A stretch of DNA of 64,000 nt from Phaeodactylibacter sp. (GCF_022763345.1 NZ_JALEGS010000021.1:35083-99082), one strand, 5' to 3'. Numbered from the stretch's first letter, positions 37,821 through 48,457 are shown. Notes: generated from the sequence alone by a model not told the origin. Program-made: numbers and translations.

Positions 37821-39119
37821 ATGCGATATTTACTGACTTTAACATTATTGCTCGGGCTTATAGCCTGCGCCAACAACACCAATGTATCTGAAGAGCTGCC
37901 AGAAACAACCAATGCGAAATCCAGCCGCTGGTCAGATCCTACGCTCATCCTGCCCGATAATTTTGAAGCCGTAGTGGTGGCTGATTCGGTAGGCAGAGCC
38001 CGGCACATTGCGGTACGCAACAATGGCGATATTTACATACAATTGCAACAGCTAAAAGACGGAAAAGGTATTGCCGCCCTGCGCGATAATGATGGTGATG
38101 GGCGAGCTGACACCCTTGCGTATTTCGGTGAACACACCGGTACGGGGATGGAAATTTACAAAGGCTACCTTTACTGCTCCTCCACAACAGAAGTTTTCCG
38201 CTATCCACTGCCGGAAGATGGTGCCCTTGTCCCGGACGAAAACAGCCGCGAGCTCGTGGTAAGCGGCTTCCCTCAACAAGGCTCACACGAAGCCAAATCC
38301 CTCACCTTCGACAACGATGGGCACCTGTATGTCAATGTAGGCGCCCCGTCCAATGCCTGCATGAAAGAAGCCCGGACCAAAGGGTCAACCGGTATGGACC
38401 CCTGCCCGCAGTTGGAATGGCAAGGCGGCATCTGGCAGTTTGATGCCATGCAGGCCGGGCAAACGCAGCAGGCAAATGGCGAGCGCTTTGCCACCGGGCT
38501 GCGCAACTGCGTTGGCATTCAGTTCAATCATGAAGGCAATCAACTGTACGCTATGCAGCACGGGCGCGATCAGCTAAGCTACCTCTTCCCGGGCATGTAC
38601 AGCTACGAGCAAAATGCCGAACTCCCTTCTGAGGAATTCCTGAAGGTCGATAATGGCGACGACTTTGGCTGGCCCTATTGCTACTACGACCACAAGCAGG
38701 GCAAAAAGGTGCTGGCACCGGAGTACGGGGGCGATGGTGAAAAGCAGGGGCGCTGTGAAGGCATCGAGGAGCCGGTTGTGGCCTTCCCCGGGCACATGGC
38801 GCCAAATGACCTGGTCTTTTACCACAGCGATCAGTACCCCGAAAAGTACAGGGAGGGCGTTTTCATCGCTTTCCACGGCTCCTGGAACCGGGCCCCGCTG
38901 CCCCAAAAAGGCTACTTCGTGGCTTTTGTGCCCATGCGCAACGGCTCAGCCACCGGCGACTGGGAAATCTTCGTGGACAATATCGCCGCTGAGACGACCA
39001 TTGAGAAACCCAAAGATGCCAAACACCGCCCCACGGGACTGGCAGTCGGGCCCGATGGCAGCCTCTACATTACCGACTCCGTAGAGGGTAAGGTCTGGAA
39101 AGTCCGCTACCTCGGATAA
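37821..39119 (+). CDS. PQQ-dependent sugar/sorbosone dehydrogenase family lipoprotein
   Basis: SPII signal (GLIA-C), TGLRNCVG, HGRDQL, DFGWPYCY, AFHGSWNR, RPTGLAVGPDGSLYITD. Confidence 0.88.
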   Translation: MRYLLTLTLLLGLIACANNTNVSEELPETTNAKSSRWSDPTLILPDNFEAVVVADSVGRARHIAVRNNGDIYIQLQQLKDGKGIAALRDNDGDGRADTLAYFGEHTGTGMEIYKGYLYCSSTTEVFRYPLPEDGALVPDENSRELVVSGFPQQGSHEAKSLTFDNDGHLYVNVGAPSNACMKEARTKGSTGMDPCPQLEWQGGIWQFDAMQAGQTQQANGERFATGLRNCVGIQFNHEGNQLYAMQHGRDQLSYLFPGMYSYEQNAELPSEEFLKVDNGDDFGWPYCYYDHKQGKKVLAPEYGGDGEKQGRCEGIEEPVVAFPGHMAPNDLVFYHSDQYPEKYREGVFIAFHGSWNRAPLPQKGYFVAFVPMRNGSATGDWEIFVDNIAAETTIEKPKDAKHRPTGLAVGPDGSLYITDSVEGKVWKVRYLG

Positions 39120-39129
39120 ACTGAAAAAC

Positions 39130-39162
39130 GAATGGTGCCCTTTTTGACGAGGGGCACCATTC
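39130..39162. terminator. Terminator-like hairpin
   Basis: gaatggtgccc / gggcaccattc stem just after the stop at 39119. Confidence 0.6.
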
Positions 39163-39214
39163 TCATTTACAGGATGTGCGGCCGGCAGCCCTTCGGATTC
39201 CCCCGGCATTTTCT

Positions 39215-39222
39215 TACCTTTG
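39215..39222 (+). promoter_or_regulatory. Bacteroidota -7 promoter box
   Basis: TACCTTTG 57 nt upstream of the crotonase ATG. Confidence 0.55.
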
Positions 39223-39278
39223 CTAACGAACATTCATTCGTATTTTGAAGTCTGTTTACCAAAAGCATTAACCAAACC

Positions 39279-40055
39279 ATGACAGATAAAACCAAATTAG
39301 GCTCCGTAAGCATGGAAGTCGACGATAAAGGCATTGCCCGCCTGACTTTCGAGCACCCTGCAAGCAACTCTCTGCCCGGCCGTTTGCTGGCTCAACTGGC
39401 GGACACGATCACCGCTGCGGGAGCAGACCCTGCCGTCAAAGTAATCATCCTGCAAAGTGGAGGCGACCGTGCCTTCTGTGGCGGGGCAAGCTTCGATGAG
39501 CTGATCGCCATCAAGGATTTGGACACCGGCAAGCGCTTCTTTATGGGGTTTGCCAATGTCATCAACGCCATGCGCAAATGCCCTAAGTTTATCATCGGGC
39601 GCATACAGGGCAAAGCCGTTGGTGGTGGCGTGGGGCTCTGTGCAGCGACCGACTACTGCATCGCCAGCCAATGGGCATCGGTCAAGCTAAGCGAACTGGC
39701 GATAGGCATTGGACCGTTTGTAGTGGGCCCGGCCGTGGAGCGTAAAGTGGGCAAATCTGCCATGACGCAGTTAGCCATCAATGCATCGGAATGGCGCACG
39801 GCACAGTGGGCGAAGGACAAAGGTTTGTTCGCAGATGTCTTTGAAACCGTGGAGCAACTCGACGCCTATGTGAGCCATCTGGCTGAACGACTGTCGGATT
39901 ACAGCCCCGAAGCCATGCGGCAGCTCAAAGCGGTCTTCTGGGAAGAAGCCCAGGACTGGGATACGCTGCTCGAAGCCCGCGCCGAACGAAGCGGGGAGCT
40001 GGTCCTTTCTGATTTCACCGTGAATGCGATCAATGCCTTCAAACAAAAAGCCTAA
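39279..40055 (+). CDS. Enoyl-CoA hydratase/isomerase (crotonase) family
   Basis: RAFCGGASFDE, GKAVGGGVGL, SELAIGIGP. Confidence 0.9.
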   Translation: MTDKTKLGSVSMEVDDKGIARLTFEHPASNSLPGRLLAQLADTITAAGADPAVKVIILQSGGDRAFCGGASFDELIAIKDLDTGKRFFMGFANVINAMRKCPKFIIGRIQGKAVGGGVGLCAATDYCIASQWASVKLSELAIGIGPFVVGPAVERKVGKSAMTQLAINASEWRTAQWAKDKGLFADVFETVEQLDAYVSHLAERLSDYSPEAMRQLKAVFWEEAQDWDTLLEARAERSGELVLSDFTVNAINAFKQKA

Positions 40056-40057
40056 GC

Positions 40058-40309
40058 ATGGACCCCCGGCAAATTCTAAAAGACCAATTTCTGCAGATCG
40101 TCGATACGCAGTTGAAAGACAATGACCCGGCACATGCCCGGGTGACTTTCGACCGCCTCAGGGCTGCCGGCTACAACGATGAAACAGCCCGCCTGATGAT
40201 CGCGCAGTGTGTGGCTGCAGAAGTCCGGGAAGTCATGGCAAGCGGAGCGGAATTCAATACCGCCCGCTATATAAAAAACCTGGACCGGTTACCTGAACCA
40301 CCTGCATGA
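40058..40309 (+). CDS. Small conserved hypothetical protein (DUF1841-like)
   Basis: IVDTQLKDNDP…TFDRL…GY…A..MI pattern; tightly packed in the operon. Confidence 0.6.
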   Translation: MDPRQILKDQFLQIVDTQLKDNDPAHARVTFDRLRAAGYNDETARLMIAQCVAAEVREVMASGAEFNTARYIKNLDRLPEPPA

Positions 40310-40336
40310 TGTCAAAAAAATCATCCTGACCGAACC

Positions 40337-42412
40337 ATGAATAAAACCGCTATGAAAATCGCAAAAAAATCTCTGCTCGAAGGCTTTCGCCTGATGGCAA
40401 CCGCCAAAGCTATGACAGAGATTTATGAGGAAAACTTCAAATTCGTTTCCAAGTACGTGCACGCCACCTCCCGGGGGCACGAAGCCATTCAGCTGGCTAC
40501 CGGCATGCAGCTGCTGCCGCAGGACTATGTGGCGCCCTACTACCGGGATGATGCGCTGCTGCTCGGCATTGGCCTGCAACCCTACGACCTGATGCTGCAA
40601 CTGATGGCGAAGCGGGACGACCCGTTTTCCGGTGGACGGACGTACTATTCCCATCCCAGTCTGAAGGACGAGGATAAGCCGAAAATCCCGCATCAGTCCT
40701 CCGCGACCGGCATGCAGGCTATTCCCACTACAGGCGTGGCTATGGGCATTCAGTACAAAGAGCAGCAGGGGCTGGCAGAGGATTTTGGTGGGAAAAACCC
40801 CGTTGTGGTTTGTTCCCTGGGCGATGCTTCTGTAACGGAAGGAGAAGTGGCGGAAGCCCTGCAAATGGCCGCACTTAAGCAATTTCCCATTATTTATCTG
40901 GTACAGGACAACGGCTGGGACATCTCTGCTAACGCGGCGGAGACCCGGGCGCAAAATGCCGCCGAGTATGCTGCCGGCTTCAAGGGGATTGAAGTGGAAA
41001 GCATTGATGGTAGCGATTTTGCAGCTTGTTACGACACCCTGCGCAAGGTGATCCGTAAAGTGCGTAAGGAGCGCCGCCCGTTTTTGATACACGCTACGGT
41101 GCCCCTGCTCAACCACCACACCTCCGGCGTCCGCAAGGAATGGTACCGGGATGACCTGGATGAAGCGGCTGAGCGCGACCCGTACCCGGTACTGCGCGAT
41201 AAATTGCTCAATGAAGATATTGCTACCGAAGCGGCGGTGGAAAAGATAGAAGCGGAGGCACGGGCGTTGGTTGCTGAGCACTTCGAGCGTGCCCGGGCAG
41301 CCGAAGACCCCAAACCGGAAGACTTATACACCCACGATTTTGCGCCCACGCCCATTACCGAAGAGCGGGGCGAGCGGGAACCTGCCGGCGGTACACCAAC
41401 TGTTATGGTAGACAGCGCCCTCTTTGCGGTGGAGGAACTGATGCGCCAACACAAGGAATGCCTCCTGTATGGTCAGGACGTGGGCGGCCGGCTCGGCGGC
41501 GTATTCCGCGAGGCTGCCACCCTGGCGCAGAAATTTGGCGACGACCGGGTGTTCAATACGCCCATTCAGGAAGCTTTCATCATCGGTAGTACCGTGGGGA
41601 TGTCCGCGACGGGGCTCAAACCTATTGTGGAGGTGCAGTTTGCCGACTACATCTGGCCGGGGCTCAATCAGCTGTTCACGGAAGTCAGCCGGTCGTACTA
41701 CCTCTCCAATGGCAAATGGCCGGTCAGCAGTATCATCCGGGTGCCGATTGGAGCATACGGCAGCGGTGGCCCATACCACTCTTCCAGTGTGGAATCGGTG
41801 GTGACGAACATCCGGGGCGTAAAAATCGCCTATCCGAGCACCGGAGCCGACCTCAAAGGACTGCTGAAGTCCGCCTACTACGACCCGAACCCGGTCGTCA
41901 TTTTCGAGCACAAAGGGCTGTACTGGTCAAAAATGAAAGGCACTGAAGCTGCCAAAACCATCATGCCCGATGAAGATTATGTCATTCCTTTCGGGAAAGC
42001 CCGGGTGGCTTTGCAGGCCAATCCGGAGCAGATAGCGGCAGGCGATTCCCTGGCGGTGATCACCTACGGCATGGGCGTGCACTGGGCGCTGAATGCTGCA
42101 AAAGCTTATCCGGGGCAGGTGGAGGTCATTGACCTGCGCACCCTCAGCCCGGTGGATGAGGAGGCGATGTACGATGCTGCCCGCCGTCACAACAAAGTAT
42201 TGGTGGTCACAGAAGAGCCGGTCCATAACACCTTCGCGCAAAGCCTGGCTGCACGTATTCAGGAGTATTGTTTTGAGCACTTGGATGCACCGGTACGCAC
42301 GATCGGTTCTGAGAATATGCCGGCTATCCCGCTGAATGAGGTGCTGGAACGGGCTATGGTGCTTTCCATGGAACAGGTGCAGGAGGCTATAGGGGAGGTG
42401 CTGGCGTATTAG
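40337..42412 (+). CDS. 2-oxoacid (branched-chain-type) dehydrogenase E1, fused alpha+beta
   Basis: SRGHEA, TPP motif GDASVTEG…DN, GQDVG, FNTPIQE, VEVQFADY, GGPYHS, FEHKGLY. Confidence 0.92.
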   Translation: MNKTAMKIAKKSLLEGFRLMATAKAMTEIYEENFKFVSKYVHATSRGHEAIQLATGMQLLPQDYVAPYYRDDALLLGIGLQPYDLMLQLMAKRDDPFSGGRTYYSHPSLKDEDKPKIPHQSSATGMQAIPTTGVAMGIQYKEQQGLAEDFGGKNPVVVCSLGDASVTEGEVAEALQMAALKQFPIIYLVQDNGWDISANAAETRAQNAAEYAAGFKGIEVESIDGSDFAACYDTLRKVIRKVRKERRPFLIHATVPLLNHHTSGVRKEWYRDDLDEAAERDPYPVLRDKLLNEDIATEAAVEKIEAEARALVAEHFERARAAEDPKPEDLYTHDFAPTPITEERGEREPAGGTPTVMVDSALFAVEELMRQHKECLLYGQDVGGRLGGVFREAATLAQKFGDDRVFNTPIQEAFIIGSTVGMSATGLKPIVEVQFADYIWPGLNQLFTEVSRSYYLSNGKWPVSSIIRVPIGAYGSGGPYHSSSVESVVTNIRGVKIAYPSTGADLKGLLKSAYYDPNPVVIFEHKGLYWSKMKGTEAAKTIMPDEDYVIPFGKARVALQANPEQIAAGDSLAVITYGMGVHWALNAAKAYPGQVEVIDLRTLSPVDEEAMYDAARRHNKVLVVTEEPVHNTFAQSLAARIQEYCFEHLDAPVRTIGSENMPAIPLNEVLERAMVLSMEQVQEAIGEVLAY

Positions 42413-42464
42413 TTCAAGTCAGGTGGCGGCCTCGCAGTTGCCACGGCCTCATAAAACAACCCAG

Positions 42465-43340
42465 ATGAGCACGTTCCATCCCCGCAACCTCCACCGCGAG
42501 GGTTATGATTTTGACAGGCTTACGAAAGCCTATCCGCCCCTGCGGGCGCATGTGGTCAGGAACCCCGCAGGCGAGCCTACGATCTCCTTTTCAGACCCGG
42601 AAGCCGTAAAAGCGTTGAATACCGCCCTGCTCATCGGGCACTATGGCCTGCAGCACTGGGACATCCCCGAAGGTTACCTTTGCCCGCCGGTGCCGGGCCG
42701 GGCCGACTATCTCCATCATTTGGCGGACCTTCTGGCAGCCGGAGGGCCCCTGCTTACGGGCAAAAATATCCGGATCCTGGACATTGGCACAGGCGCTAAT
42801 CTGATTTATGCCATCCTGGGGCAGCGCATCTATGATTGGTCTATGGTGGGTACAGAGGTGGACCCGCTCGCGCTGAAAACCGCTAAAGCCCTGATCGATA
42901 TCAATCCGGTACTGCAAAACGGCATCAGGCTGCGGCAGCAGAAAGATCGCCGTTTCATTTTGGAAGGCATCATCCGTGAGCAGGACTTCTTCCATGCCAC
43001 CGTTTGCAATCCACCTTTTTACGCCTCTGAAGCAGAGGCAGCCGAGGCTAACGCCCGCAAACGGAAGAATCTCAAGCTCGGAAAGGTAGGCCGCACTGTG
43101 GCTGGGCAGCCCGCGGAGCTTTGGACGGAAGGGGGGGAGCGTTCGTTTCTCCTGCAACTCATCAGGGAGAGCCGGGCCTACGGGCAGCAGATCGGCTGGT
43201 TTACCACTCTGGTGTCCCAAAAGGATAATTTAGAACCTTTGAAGCACGCCCTGGAAAAAGCGGCGGCTAAAGCGGTGAAGGTCATTCCACTGGCTGCCGG
43301 GCAGAAGCGTGCGCGGGTGCTTGCGTGGCGCTTTCAGTAG
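42465..43340 (+). CDS. rlmF: 23S rRNA m6A1618 methyltransferase
   Basis: HPRNLH, LCPPVPGRADY, LDIGTGAN, CNPPFY, ELWTEGGE, WFTTLVS; ATG 42465 preferred. Confidence 0.93.
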   Translation: MSTFHPRNLHREGYDFDRLTKAYPPLRAHVVRNPAGEPTISFSDPEAVKALNTALLIGHYGLQHWDIPEGYLCPPVPGRADYLHHLADLLAAGGPLLTGKNIRILDIGTGANLIYAILGQRIYDWSMVGTEVDPLALKTAKALIDINPVLQNGIRLRQQKDRRFILEGIIREQDFFHATVCNPPFYASEAEAAEANARKRKNLKLGKVGRTVAGQPAELWTEGGERSFLLQLIRESRAYGQQIGWFTTLVSQKDNLEPLKHALEKAAAKAVKVIPLAAGQKRARVLAWRFQ

Positions 43341-43542
43341 TAGGGGCATTGTGCTGTTTGCAGAAGCCTGGCTTTTATCCAGTTCTCCGTCCTCACCCTG
43401 ATTTTAACAAATCCATAGCACTTCCAGAGTTATTAACAGGTTTTTAATACCCGTTAAGCTGGGATTAAACCCCTTCCGGGTACTAGGGGGCAGTTGTTGA
43501 AGGATGTATCTTATGGGAAAGATTAAACCAAACCCGACCACC

Positions 43543-43995
43543 ATGAGAATCCTTCAGTTTATAGTTGCCCTGACCATCATCACCACCGCCTTTTCCTGCT
43601 CAGATTATGCCCGTCTGGAACGCAAAGAAGACCGCCTCATTGGCGTATGGGAATTTGATAAAGCTTTCTACCGGGGCCATGGGCAAATTTTCCGCGACAA
43701 CGTCATCGATCAGTTCAACGGAGACATCATCGAATTCTACGAAGACTACACCGCAATTTACGATGACTACAGCGAAGGCATCGTCTACGCCGGGGAATGG
43801 GAGCTCTTCTTCGACCGCCAATGGGAAGGTGATGATACAGACATCGAGTTCTTCCTGGATATGTACTTCTTTGACCCTTACGGCCAGGAGTCTTTTGCCT
43901 ACTTCACCTGCGTGAACCTGATTACGAGAAATAAGCTGCACGTCCAGGCCCGTACCCGTCATGGTTTGTATACTTTTAAGTTTCGGCGGTTGTAA
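43543..43995 (+). CDS. Lipoprotein, lipocalin-like domain
   Basis: SPII signal (TAFS-C), LIGVW motif, Y.GEW motif, beta-rich. Confidence 0.7.
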   Translation: MRILQFIVALTIITTAFSCSDYARLERKEDRLIGVWEFDKAFYRGHGQIFRDNVIDQFNGDIIEFYEDYTAIYDDYSEGIVYAGEWELFFDRQWEGDDTDIEFFLDMYFFDPYGQESFAYFTCVNLITRNKLHVQARTRHGLYTFKFRRL

Positions 43996-44133
43996 GCATA
44001 TGAGGGGGCCATGCACCACTGCCTCTACACCCAAGCCAATTTCCCCTCATTCAGCTCTGGCTCCCCGTCAAACCGGTAAGTTAGGGTAGAGCACTCAAGC
44101 CGGTAAGTTCCGGAGGCTATTCACTATCTTCGG

Positions 44134-44278
44134 GCTGTCGGGCTCGCAGTCGATGTAGTTCCTAACAAACATGACTTTGCTGGGTGGGGTGGCGGTAAGC
44201 ACCGTTTTTGCGCTCATAGCCAAGCTTGCGGAGTAGGACTTTCAGGCGGTCAGAGTGACCGTATATGTCGCCGATGAG
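44134..44278 (+). ncRNA. Flavo-1-like structured non-coding RNA
   Basis: gatgtagttcctaacaaacat, gtggcggtaagcaccgtttttg and ttcaggcgg match my recollection of the Flavo-1 motif; folds as a rod (ggcggt/accgtt, gggtg/cgctc, gct/agc, ctt/aag); tatcttcg promoter-like box at 44125. Confidence 0.6.
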
Positions 44279-44523
44279 GTCTTGTGGGGGGGGATATTTA
44301 AATAAGTTTGCTCGAAAAGGCTATTGTGGTGTCCAGTTGGTTTTTCCTTGATTTTTTAGTTTGTTCACTATTCTTGAGCGTCCATTATTCCTGAGAAAAA
44401 ACAGCTCCTTCCGACAGTCGGAAGGTTTTGAAAAGGAAGCAGCCACTATAGCTGAGTTTTTCCGAGTGGAAATTCAGCTATCCCCTATTGCTGATTACTG
44501 TTGCAGATGGAGGCAGTGGCTAA

Positions 44524-45624
44524 CTACCCCTGTCCACCACGGGCCCGCTCAATCATAATCGCCTCAAGGATATTCTCGGTATTCAGCACGCCGAGGAGCT
44601 CGCCTTCGGGGTTGTAGACCGGGCAGATGCTCAGGTTGCGCTGGTTCATCAGGTCGTAAGCTTCATTGAGCTCCATGTCCGGCGAGAGCCTGACCCAATC
44701 GGTGTTGACGATGCGTTTGATGCGTTCTGCCGGGCCCATTTCCTGGAGGCCGCGCAGGATGTCGTCCCGGGAGATGGTGCCGATAAGGTCGCCCTGTTCA
44801 GTGACGATGAAGTCCTTTTCCTGTCCGTCCAGCAGGGTGTCGATGGCTTCGCTGATGGGCGACCAGGCATCCATTTCGGTGAATTGGTGCATGAGTACGT
44901 CTGAGACCTTGAGGTCAGTGAGGAGGTGGCGGGTGGTTTCGTAACGCGATTCTCCGCTGGCGCCCAGAAAGATGAACAGCCCGATAAAGATCAGCCAGAA
45001 GTCGTACATAAAGCCCAGGAAGACGAAACCAATGGCCAGAAATTGCCCGATCTGAGCGGCTATGGCGGTGGCTTTGGCCCGGTCGAACTTCATCGACAGC
45101 AGTGCCCGCAGTACCCGCCCGCCATCCATGGGGAAGGCCGGGATGAGGTTGAAGAGCACCAGGATGATGTTGACTGCGAGCAAGTTGGGGATAAAGGCAT
45201 TGCCCAGGCTGATCTGGCTTGGGTCTTCCAGTTGCTCGGTAGGGAAGGTGATGCCTGCTACCTGCATCACGATAAAGAGCAGAAGGGCAATCACGACATT
45301 TACAGCGGGCCCGGCAATGGCTACGAGCAGTTCCTCGCGGGGCTTCTCCGGCATTTTCTCCAAACTTGCCACCCCGCCAATTGGCAAAAGGGTAATGCGG
45401 CGGGTGGGGACGCCAAAGCGCCGGGCGGTCAGGGCGTGCCCGTATTCGTGCAGCACCACGCAGGCGAAGAGGGTGAGGATAAAGGCCACGCCCAGCAGGG
45501 CTTCCTGCATGTTTTGCCCGGAGCCCAGGCTCGAGAGGAAAATCCAACCCAGCAGAATCAGGAATGTCCAGTGGATGTAGACATTGATGCCGAAGAGGCG
45601 GGCAATCTTAAGGGACCAGCTCAT
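44524..45624 (-). CDS. Site-2 protease (M50) with two CBS domains
   Basis: HEYGH, IAGPAVN, FNLIPAFPMDGGR, C-terminal CBS pair. Confidence 0.93.
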   Translation of the reverse strand: MSWSLKIARLFGINVYIHWTFLILLGWIFLSSLGSGQNMQEALLGVAFILTLFACVVLHEYGHALTARRFGVPTRRITLLPIGGVASLEKMPEKPREELLVAIAGPAVNVVIALLLFIVMQVAGITFPTEQLEDPSQISLGNAFIPNLLAVNIILVLFNLIPAFPMDGGRVLRALLSMKFDRAKATAIAAQIGQFLAIGFVFLGFMYDFWLIFIGLFIFLGASGESRYETTRHLLTDLKVSDVLMHQFTEMDAWSPISEAIDTLLDGQEKDFIVTEQGDLIGTISRDDILRGLQEMGPAERIKRIVNTDWVRLSPDMELNEAYDLMNQRNLSICPVYNPEGELLGVLNTENILEAIMIERARGGQG

Positions 45625-45671
45625 GGTAGGTTTTATTAATTAAACCGTCTGATGCCTCGATTTTGTTCGGC

Positions 45672-45709
45672 AAAAAAGAAAAGGCTGCTTCCTGTTACCG
45701 GAAACAGCC
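45672..45709 (-). terminator. Terminator after valS
   Basis: ggctgcttcc / ggaaacagcc stem with a U-tract on the minus strand. Confidence 0.65.
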
Positions 45710-45733
45710 CTGCTTAATATGCTTTAATATGCC

Positions 45734-48451
45734 TTACTGGCAGCCCATGCTGGCCAGTTGCTCTTCCAGGTTTTTGACCTTGGCCTGGCCGTCAGCCAGT
45801 TTCATGCGCTCGCGTTCCACTACCGGTGCGGGAGCATTATTGACGAAGCGCTCGTTGCTCAGCTTTTTCTCCACGCTGGCTACGAACCCTTTTTGGTATT
45901 CCAGGTCTTCTTTGAGCTTTTTACACTCCGCTTCCAGGTCGATTTCCTGATTCAGCTCCAGGAAAAACTGGGTCTTGCCGGACAGGAAGGATACACTGTT
46001 GGGCACTTCTTCGCTGGTGAAGTCCAGCCCGGACAGGTTCGCCATCTTAATGATCATCTCGCGCAGCCCGGTAAGTTCGAACAACGCGCGGCTGTTGGCT
46101 TCGTCCTGAACGAAAAGGGCGAGCTCATCCTTCATCTTCACACCCTTGCTGTTGCGGGTTTCCCGTACACTGGCTACGATGTTCTTGGCCTGCTCAATGC
46201 GGTCGATCAGCGCCTGATCGTAGGCCTTAGCGGTTGGGTACGTGCTCATCACACAGTCATCCCCATCTGCCCGCTCTCGCAGGTTGTGCCAGATTTCTTC
46301 GGTGATGAAGGGCATGAACGGGTGCAGCAGGGTCATCAGCCGCTCGTAAATGCTGAGGGAAGCCTCAAGAGTCTCTGCATCGATCGGGGCACCGTAGTCG
46401 GGCTTGATCATCTCCAGGTACCAGCTGCAGAAGTCGTCCCATATGAGCTTGTACAGCATCATGAGGGCGTCTGAAAGGCGGTACTGCTCATATTGTTGCC
46501 CCAGCTTTTCGATGGTCTCGTTCAGCCGCTGCTCCATCCACTGTACGGCCAGGCGGTTGATGGCATCGCCTTCGCCGGGTTTGACCTCCCAGCCCTTCAT
46601 GAGGCGGAGGGCATTCCACATTTTATTGCAGAAGTTGCGGCCCTGCTCGCAGAGCTTGCTTTCGTTCAGAACCTCCTTGGTTTCCGGATCGAAAGGGGCA
46701 TCAAATACAATATCGTTGCCGGCTGCTGCACTGGAAAGCATGGCGAAGCGCACGCCATCCGCACCGTAGTTTTCAATGAGTTGCAGGGCATCCGGTGAGT
46801 TGCCGAGCGACTTGCTCATCTTGCGGCGGTCTTTGTCGCGGACCATACCGGTGAAGTAGACGTCGTTGAAAGGTTGAACACCTTTCGTTGTTTTGGTCTT
46901 TTCATCCAGCAGCCCTGGAGCATATTCATACCCCATCATGATCATACGGGCCACCCAGAAGAAAATGATGTCCCAGCCCGTCACCAGTACATTGGTCGGG
47001 TAGTAATAATTCAGCTCCTCGCTGGTCTCGAAGCCATCAAATACGGAAATCGGCCAGAGCTGGGAGGAGAACCAGGTGTCCAGCACGTCTTCGTCCTGAT
47101 GCAGGTCGTCCAGTTGCAGGTCCGGTTTGCCCAGTTCTGTCCGGGCTTTGTCCAAGGCTTCGGCAGCTGTTTCGGCCACGAAGATTTTATCCTCGTAGTA
47201 CCAGGCCGGGATGCGCTGCCCCCACCACAGCTGACGGGAGATGCACCAGTCGCGGATGTTGTCTTCCTTCAGCCAGCTGTTGAACATATTGTAGAAGTGC
47301 TCCGGGAAGAAGCTCACTTCGTCCGTTTCCACTGCCTTTAGCGCCGTTTGGGCAAAGTCCTTCATTTCCAGGAACCACTGCAGCGTCAGGCGGGGCTCTA
47401 CGATGGCGTCGGTCCGCTCGGAACGGCCAACTTTATTGCGGTAGTCTTCGTCCTTCACCAGGTGCCCGCCGGCTTTGAGGTCTTTAACGATCAGCTTGCG
47501 GGCTTTAAAGCGGTCTTCGCCTACGTAAAGCTGTGCCGCTTCGCTCATGGTGCCATCGGCGTTCAGTACGTCGATGACTTCCAGCCCGTGCCGCTCGCCG
47601 ATTTCATTATCGTTCATGTCGTGGGCAGGGGTGATTTTAAGGGCACCCGTACCAAACTCCATGTCCACATAGCGGTCTTCAATAATCGGGATGGCGCGGC
47701 CGATCAACGGGACAATAGCTTTTTTGCCCTTGAGGTGAGTGAAGCGCTCATCGTCCGGGTTGACGGCAATTGCGGTATCGCCCAGGATAGTCTCGGGGCG
47801 TACGGTTGCAATCGTTATGTACTCGCCTTCCGTACCCTCGATCTTATAGCGGAGGTAGTATAGTTTGGAGTTTTCGTCCTTATAAATTACCTCCTCGTTG
47901 GACAGTACGGTCTGCGCTTCCGGGTCCCAGTTGGTCATGCGCAGCCCGCGGTAGACTTTGCCTTTGTTGTAGAGGTCTACGAATACCTTGAGGACGGCTT
48001 CGGAAAGCTTGTCCTCCATCGTGAAGCGGGTACGCTCCCAGTCGCAGGAAGCGCCCAGCTTTTTGAGCTGATCGAGGATGATACCGCCGTATTTGTCTTT
48101 CCATTCAAAGGCGTACTTCATGAACTCGTCGCGGCTGAGGTCGGACTTTTTGATGCCCCGCTCGCGCAGCATTTTCACCACTTTGGCCTCCGTGGCAATA
48201 GAGGCGTGGTCCATGCCCGGTACCCAGCAGGCATTTTTGCCCTCCAGTCGGGCCTTGCGGATGAGGATGTCCTGAATGGTATTGTTGAGCATGTGCCCCA
48301 TGTGGAGTACGCCGGTTACGTTGGGCGGCGGGATCACGATACTGTAAGGCTCGCGCTCGTCGGGCTCGGAGTGGAAGTAGTCTTTGGACAGCCAGTGGTC
48401 GTACCATTTGGCTTCGGTATCCTGTGGGTTATAGCGGGTGGAAAGCTCCAT
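45734..48451 (-). CDS. valS: Valine--tRNA ligase
   Basis: PPPNVTGVLHMGH, WCISRQLWWG, DVLDTWFSS, KMSKS, C-terminal coiled coil. Confidence 0.98.
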   Translation of the reverse strand: MELSTRYNPQDTEAKWYDHWLSKDYFHSEPDEREPYSIVIPPPNVTGVLHMGHMLNNTIQDILIRKARLEGKNACWVPGMDHASIATEAKVVKMLRERGIKKSDLSRDEFMKYAFEWKDKYGGIILDQLKKLGASCDWERTRFTMEDKLSEAVLKVFVDLYNKGKVYRGLRMTNWDPEAQTVLSNEEVIYKDENSKLYYLRYKIEGTEGEYITIATVRPETILGDTAIAVNPDDERFTHLKGKKAIVPLIGRAIPIIEDRYVDMEFGTGALKITPAHDMNDNEIGERHGLEVIDVLNADGTMSEAAQLYVGEDRFKARKLIVKDLKAGGHLVKDEDYRNKVGRSERTDAIVEPRLTLQWFLEMKDFAQTALKAVETDEVSFFPEHFYNMFNSWLKEDNIRDWCISRQLWWGQRIPAWYYEDKIFVAETAAEALDKARTELGKPDLQLDDLHQDEDVLDTWFSSQLWPISVFDGFETSEELNYYYPTNVLVTGWDIIFFWVARMIMMGYEYAPGLLDEKTKTTKGVQPFNDVYFTGMVRDKDRRKMSKSLGNSPDALQLIENYGADGVRFAMLSSAAAGNDIVFDAPFDPETKEVLNESKLCEQGRNFCNKMWNALRLMKGWEVKPGEGDAINRLAVQWMEQRLNETIEKLGQQYEQYRLSDALMMLYKLIWDDFCSWYLEMIKPDYGAPIDAETLEASLSIYERLMTLLHPFMPFITEEIWHNLRERADGDDCVMSTYPTAKAYDQALIDRIEQAKNIVASVRETRNSKGVKMKDELALFVQDEANSRALFELTGLREMIIKMANLSGLDFTSEEVPNSVSFLSGKTQFFLELNQEIDLEAECKKLKEDLEYQKGFVASVEKKLSNERFVNNAPAPVVERERMKLADGQAKVKNLEEQLASMGCQ

Positions 48452-48457
48452 ATTTTA

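Noticed and set aside
40337-42412. E1 alpha-beta fusion as a novelty
   Set aside because: This fusion is widespread in Bacteroidota
44134-44278. SRP RNA (ffs) or canonical 6S RNA
   Set aside because: Lacks the SRP CAGG-GNRA-AGCA domain IV motif, and is not in the zapA/rny context typical of Bacteroidota 6S
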